Assembly (NCBI GenBank): GCA_963515305.1 | Contig: CAUPWX010000012.1 | Span: forward strand, 5,144 to 69,143 | DNA length: 64,000 bases | Origin: an uncultured Brevundimonas sp. | GTDB lineage: Bacteria; Pseudomonadota; Alphaproteobacteria; Caulobacterales; Caulobacteraceae | Reading direction: 5' to 3' | Shown here: positions 60,601 to 64,000 of the stretch, piece after piece | How positions within the stretch are numbered: position 1 is the first letter of the stretch | Layout of the letters: each line of letters starts with the position of its first letter | The notes under the pieces: generated by a model | Databases searched by the model: none | Told to the model about the DNA's origin: nothing | Seen by the model: only the letters and a program-made list of their open reading frames with translations | Program-made: the position numbers and the translations under genes

Positions 60601-61531
60601 GGTGGCCGAAATGATCGGCATTACAGCGGACCTCTACCAGACCATGCGAGACCGCGATCTCGCCGATGACCAAGCCTCCGCACTGGCGGGCGGCGTCATG
60701 GGCGCGATCATGAACAACATCGTCAACAAGGCCGCGCTCCAAGGCGTCGGCGACTTCTTCGACCTCTTGGACCCGTCGTTCTCGACCACGGCGTCATCGC
60801 GCGGCACAGCCGTTGCGAAGTCCGCGTTCAAGAAGCTTGGCGATTCCCTCGTCCCGGCCATCGTCAGGAACACAGCGCAAGCCCAAGACCCGGTGATGCG
60901 CGAGGCGTCGGAATTCCTCGACTATTTCGCCCGCAACATTCCGATGTTGTCGGAAAGTCTGCCCGAACGCCGCGACTGGCTCGGCCTTCCCATCGTCCGC
61001 AAGGACAAGGACGGCGGTTTCATCGAAGCTCTGGTCCAGCCGCTCCGCGTGTCGGAACGAGAGGACGACATGGTGCGTCTGGAAATCTCGGCTCTGGCCC
61101 AGAACGATCCTGACTTGCTGATGGCGACCCGACCTGACGCCCGCTTCAACGGGCAGAAGATCACGCCGAAGGAACATGCGCGCGTTCTGGCTATCCAAGG
61201 TCAGGAATGGCGCGATCCGATGACGGGCCTGAACATGCACGAAGCCTTGGCAGAACTGGTCAACTCGGCTGACTACGCCAGCTACAGCGACCCTCGTCGC
61301 GCCCAAGAGATCAAGGACACCGTGTCCCGCTATCGCCGACTGGCGACAGCGGCGATCAAGCGCGGCGAGTTCCCTGACATGACGCCTATGCTCGACCGCA
61401 CCGGCGCCGCACAGGCGCAGGACATGGGCGAGAAGAAGGGCTGGGAGCCATACCGGATCGAGAACAAGGCCCGGTCCTACGGCGTCTCCGATGATGCGCT
61501 CGCCGACATCATGAACTTCGGCGCCGACTAA
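57617..61531 (+). CDS. Internal virion protein D (gp16 position)
   Basis: 1304-aa helical protein between gp15-like gene and tail fibre; SD AAGGAG; PFLRTPLN motif. Confidence 0.78.
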   Translation: MASIRFTGPDGHVFEFEDGTPEHVRRAFIQRHYGTSPEQNNSRRSAAVSLSAPKDKRSLGERLGDVFSNTFNTGFIAEGWRAGLDDTADYIEAGQRGDTKAAMAVNDRFTLNPVRLVSRIYNSGGVLMDMTRDTQNTREAADDWVSRERTRRQEFAQASKDDPFWEAEGGIVGKTLHGGAALLGTLGGAALDPTSYITGGSSVGAKIAVQATVAGAVDLLAQMDATGLTQDRYDVLQTVLSAGAGAAFTGAFEGAGALMKGRGTVRARIDADLRSEPVNLSQTFRDELDTADAISLPALTLDDWTFRPTKQGPVSALPMRVEAPRAERMDGPRMDGPEAGPDINPEWTKGMSPERLKAVTEHLDRLKAYIKPDQVELFVRWAGKEAVDLADDPSPHWNQEIFDFDKLANEPEKFEEIVGVMAQIFKPLYDAAGDAKKTWKSVADRQAAFGVTVSDVVKAHSDITGENGIAAKMHALETISIQHTDHLVTKMAQLEKSLNGNVIDNNLIGEVAAQLQATVMFDAMAAGAKSEIGRALNIMKMAKQRSRIINDLQGQMDLMADALGTGDLDAKKMAEALKRLREAYGSGGERGLKDELRKGRHMGFPDYLSYYIVAGYLTTPATAVRNAVGSVLHASMTVGERYIAAGITSPLRRGLGGKRTSAEGVTFREANAYLFGIHQSFVDATKAGFKAFIHAAPQTDIETSVGRYAMAQPFEFNAERVKKWKEGGIKAVPDMAMTGLFGTLRTLGIRPSLGMDEFTKVMTRRMQINALAAREASYRSARLRGGEADRVFAKTLEAVTQRPTAEAFVRAKSEFEATGEIYDPAKSYMGDARLEEAADVLASVDLYEMANDYARLMAFQKTGPAVEAFEKAMKYIPIVKALYVPFLRTPLNLVRAGMVDRNPALAWLTKENRAAFKTYFAALDGQEKALSRGGAEADIVMARMVSGMALMGTAAMLFANGDLVGKRTPAEEEDGVKSYSIRLGGRWYQYSTLSPVAEMIGITADLYQTMRDRDLADDQASALAGGVMGAIMNNIVNKAALQGVGDFFDLLDPSFSTTASSRGTAVAKSAFKKLGDSLVPAIVRNTAQAQDPVMREASEFLDYFARNIPMLSESLPERRDWLGLPIVRKDKDGGFIEALVQPLRVSEREDDMVRLEISALAQNDPDLLMATRPDARFNGQKITPKEHARVLAIQGQEWRDPMTGLNMHEALAELVNSADYASYSDPRRAQEIKDTVSRYRRLATAAIKRGEFPDMTPMLDRTGAAQAQDMGEKKGWEPYRIENKARSYGVSDDALADIMNFGAD

Positions 61532-61557
61532 AACACCAACCTCAATCCACCCGGATA

Positions 61558-61605
61558 GCCCGGTCGCTCACGCGGCCGGGCCTTTCGTCGTGGGTGAACG
61601 AAAGG
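61558..61605 (+). promoter_or_regulatory. Twin hairpins before tail fibre; second one occludes the SD
   Basis: GCCCGGTCGC-TCAC-GCGGCCGGGC then CCTTTCGT-N9-ACGAAAGG covering AAAGG. Confidence 0.55.
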
Positions 61606-61609
61606 ATCA

Positions 61610-64000
61610 ATGGCCTACCAAACCCGCGTCACATACGTCGTGGCGGCAGGACAGCGCGAGTTCGATCTCGCCATCCCCTACCTCGATAAGAACCACATCA
61701 AAGTCACCCTGAACGGCTCCACGCCGTTCTTTGAGTGGGTGTCCGACAGCCGCATCCGGCTGACCTATCCAGCCATCGAAAACAGCGTCCTCAAGATCAG
61801 GCGCGACACTCCGATCTCGAACGCCCTCGTCGAGTTCCAGAATGGCGCGACCCTCACGAAAGAGGAACTGAACACCGCCGTTCGACAGCTTCTCTACAAG
61901 CAGCAGGAGTTGGACGACCTCTACACCGGCGCGCTGGATCAGGCGCAGGTCCGCCTTGGCGATCACCTTGGCGTCGTGACCACGCCAGACGCCATCATGG
62001 ACGAACTGTTGCTCACCTCGGAGTTGGGCGACGACCTCCTGAACCGTTTCCGAGACGCACTGGCCAGCATCGACCTGTCGGCCGAACGCATCCTCGAACA
62101 ATCCTTCCAGCTTACCGATCAGGCATTCCGCACCGACACGCTCGACGGGATCGTCTCGAACACCACGGCCCGCACCGACAATCTCGAACTGCGCGTCGAT
62201 ACGATCACCGATCTGGTGGACTCGCTCGCCAACCTTGAGGGCGGGACCGGCCTCGCCACCATCATCCAGAACGAGGCGCAGGAGCGTGTCCAAGGCGACA
62301 CCGCGCTTGCCTCAACGCTGGCACTGATCGGCGCGAAGAACGGGTCGAACAACGCCTTCCTTCTGGACCTGAACACCGTTCGCGTCGGCCCGTCCGAAAG
62401 CCTCGGCCAACGCCTGTCGGCGATCACCACCAAGGCCAACGGCAATGAGGCGAAAATCCTCGCCGAAGAGACCGCCCGCAGCACAGCGGACTCCGCGCTG
62501 ACTAACTCGCTCAATGCGTGGATCGCCCGCGTCGAAAGTGCCGAAGCGTCGATCACGACCGAACGCACCGCCCGGACCACGGCCGACACATCGCTTGCCG
62601 AAACGCTCGACCTTCTGGGCGCCAAGAACGGCAACGGCTCGGCCTTCATCCTCGACCTGAACAAGGTCCGTGTGGCGCCCGGCGAAACCTTCGCCTCGCG
62701 CTTCGCGACGATGACGACGGAAACGGCCAACGCCTTCACCGCCGTCACAACAGAGACGACCAACCGCATCAATGCAGACGGCGCGCTCTCAACGCGGATC
62801 GACACGCTCGGCTCCCGCACCGACAACAACGAGGCGGCTATCGCCAACGAGGTCACGGCCCGCACCAATGCGGTCGCTGCCGAAGCCTCGGCTCGCGGTG
62901 CCCTGACGACCCGTGTCGGCAACGCAGAATCCGCGATCCTCAACGAACAGACGACGCGCTCGAACGCCATCGCGGCGGAAAGCCAAGCCCGTCAGTCTCT
63001 CGCCTCACAGGTCGGACAGAACTCGTCGGCGATCCAGAACGAGGCCACGACCCGCGCCAATGCCGATGCCGCTATGGCGCAGCAGTTCTCGGTTCTGGGT
63101 TCCTTCCGTAACGGCCAGACCGCCTTCGTCCTTGACCTGAACCGAGTGGAAACATCGGCCGGTCAGAGCCTCGGCACCCGCCTGTCGGGGATTGATGTCG
63201 CTGTCGGCAACGTCTCGGCCTCCGTGGTCAATGAACAGACCGCACGGGTGAACGGTGACAACGCGCTCTCCCAGACGCTGACGACCGTTCAGAACACGGT
63301 CGGATCGCACACCTCGTCGATCACCACGCTCCAGAACGTCACCAATGGTCTGAATTCCCGATACGGCGTCGTCCTCAACGGCAACGGCCACATCACCGGG
63401 TTCATGATGAACAACAACAGCAACTTTGGCTCCTTCGCCATCGTCGCTGACAACTTCTCCATCACGGCGCCGAACGGCGGCGCCCCGGTCCAACCGTTCA
63501 GCGTCGTCGCTGGCCGCGCCCGCTTCAACGCGAACGTGGACATCTACGGCGACCTGCTCGTCACGGGCACGATCAATCACGCCAAGCTCGTCAACAACAC
63601 CGTCACCGGCGTCGAGGTGGGTTACGCCGGTGGAACCATCGGCCTGAACAACACCACGCCGACCCGCATTCATGGCGTCTGGATCGGGGTCGAAAAGGCC
63701 GACAGCCCCATCGACATCGACTTCAACGCCTATGGGACATTCACCCATAACGCGGGCGGCTCGTTCGTCGCCGTCGTGCAGCTTGTCCGCTCTCGTGGCG
63801 AGACCGGCGGCACGGTCATCCAGTCGGTGCAACTCAACGGCTCCGGCATGGCGAACGACACATGGCAGGGCGCGCTCCCGGTCAAGTTTCTCGACCGTCC
63901 GAACGAAGCTGGAAACTGGCACTACTATGTCCAGATTTACTTCAGTTCGAATATGTCCACCCAGACCGTGACGGCTCGCTACGGCAAGCTGACCGAGATG
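61610..64000 (+). CDS. Tail fibre (T7 gp17-like N-terminal adaptor), runs off window; absent from the ORF track
   Basis: MAYQTRVTY...FDLAIPYL...IRRDTP...VEFQNGATLTKEELN...QLLYKQQE; coiled-coil repeats; DUF1983-like segment near 63362. Confidence 0.88.
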   Translation, partial: MAYQTRVTYVVAAGQREFDLAIPYLDKNHIKVTLNGSTPFFEWVSDSRIRLTYPAIENSVLKIRRDTPISNALVEFQNGATLTKEELNTAVRQLLYKQQELDDLYTGALDQAQVRLGDHLGVVTTPDAIMDELLLTSELGDDLLNRFRDALASIDLSAERILEQSFQLTDQAFRTDTLDGIVSNTTARTDNLELRVDTITDLVDSLANLEGGTGLATIIQNEAQERVQGDTALASTLALIGAKNGSNNAFLLDLNTVRVGPSESLGQRLSAITTKANGNEAKILAEETARSTADSALTNSLNAWIARVESAEASITTERTARTTADTSLAETLDLLGAKNGNGSAFILDLNKVRVAPGETFASRFATMTTETANAFTAVTTETTNRINADGALSTRIDTLGSRTDNNEAAIANEVTARTNAVAAEASARGALTTRVGNAESAILNEQTTRSNAIAAESQARQSLASQVGQNSSAIQNEATTRANADAAMAQQFSVLGSFRNGQTAFVLDLNRVETSAGQSLGTRLSGIDVAVGNVSASVVNEQTARVNGDNALSQTLTTVQNTVGSHTSSITTLQNVTNGLNSRYGVVLNGNGHITGFMMNNNSNFGSFAIVADNFSITAPNGGAPVQPFSVVAGRARFNANVDIYGDLLVTGTINHAKLVNNTVTGVEVGYAGGTIGLNNTTPTRIHGVWIGVEKADSPIDIDFNAYGTFTHNAGGSFVAVVQLVRSRGETGGTVIQSVQLNGSGMANDTWQGALPVKFLDRPNEAGNWHYYVQIYFSSNMSTQTVTARYGKLTEM

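Larger units (their letters stand above)
43314..64000 (+). mobile_element. T7-like (Autographiviridae-type) prophage, left arm; continues beyond window
   Basis: Single-subunit RNAP followed by a T7-order virion module; abrupt codon-usage change; interrupts a host gene. Confidence 0.92.

Overview
GC-rich alphaproteobacterial chromosome segment, most consistent with Caulobacteraceae (probably Brevundimonas; inferred from fliI-fliJ-ctrA, sufE/divJ/DUF1491 synteny and gene content). Bases 1-~43313 are host genes: signalling kinases, a chemoreceptor, fliIJ, a GH10 xylanase, ctrA, a gafYZ-like pair, sufE, divJ, lepA, an RND pump, a TonB-dependent receptor, nhaA, selO, liuR with acyl-CoA dehydrogenases, rsmE, gshA and parDE. 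Three families of palindromic repeats are scattered through this part, and one pair flanks a GIY-YIG nuclease gene. At ~43313 a DUF72 gene breaks off and a T7-like (Autographiviridae-type) prophage begins, running past the window end. It starts directly with a single-subunit RNA polymerase, followed by portal, scaffold, capsid, tail tubes, internal virion proteins and tail fibre. No integrase or replication genes are in view, consistent with a permuted genome integrated just upstream of its RNAP gene. The most novel-looking signals are candidate control elements of this prophage. They are a lone antisense tandem Zn-finger gene, a TAAATAT-loop inverted repeat shared between its start codon and the RNAP start codon, a ~250-nt structured capsid leader, an ATC in place of the expected start codon of an internal virion gene, and an SD-occluding hairpin before the fibre gene. 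All calls are by eye; no database searches were run.
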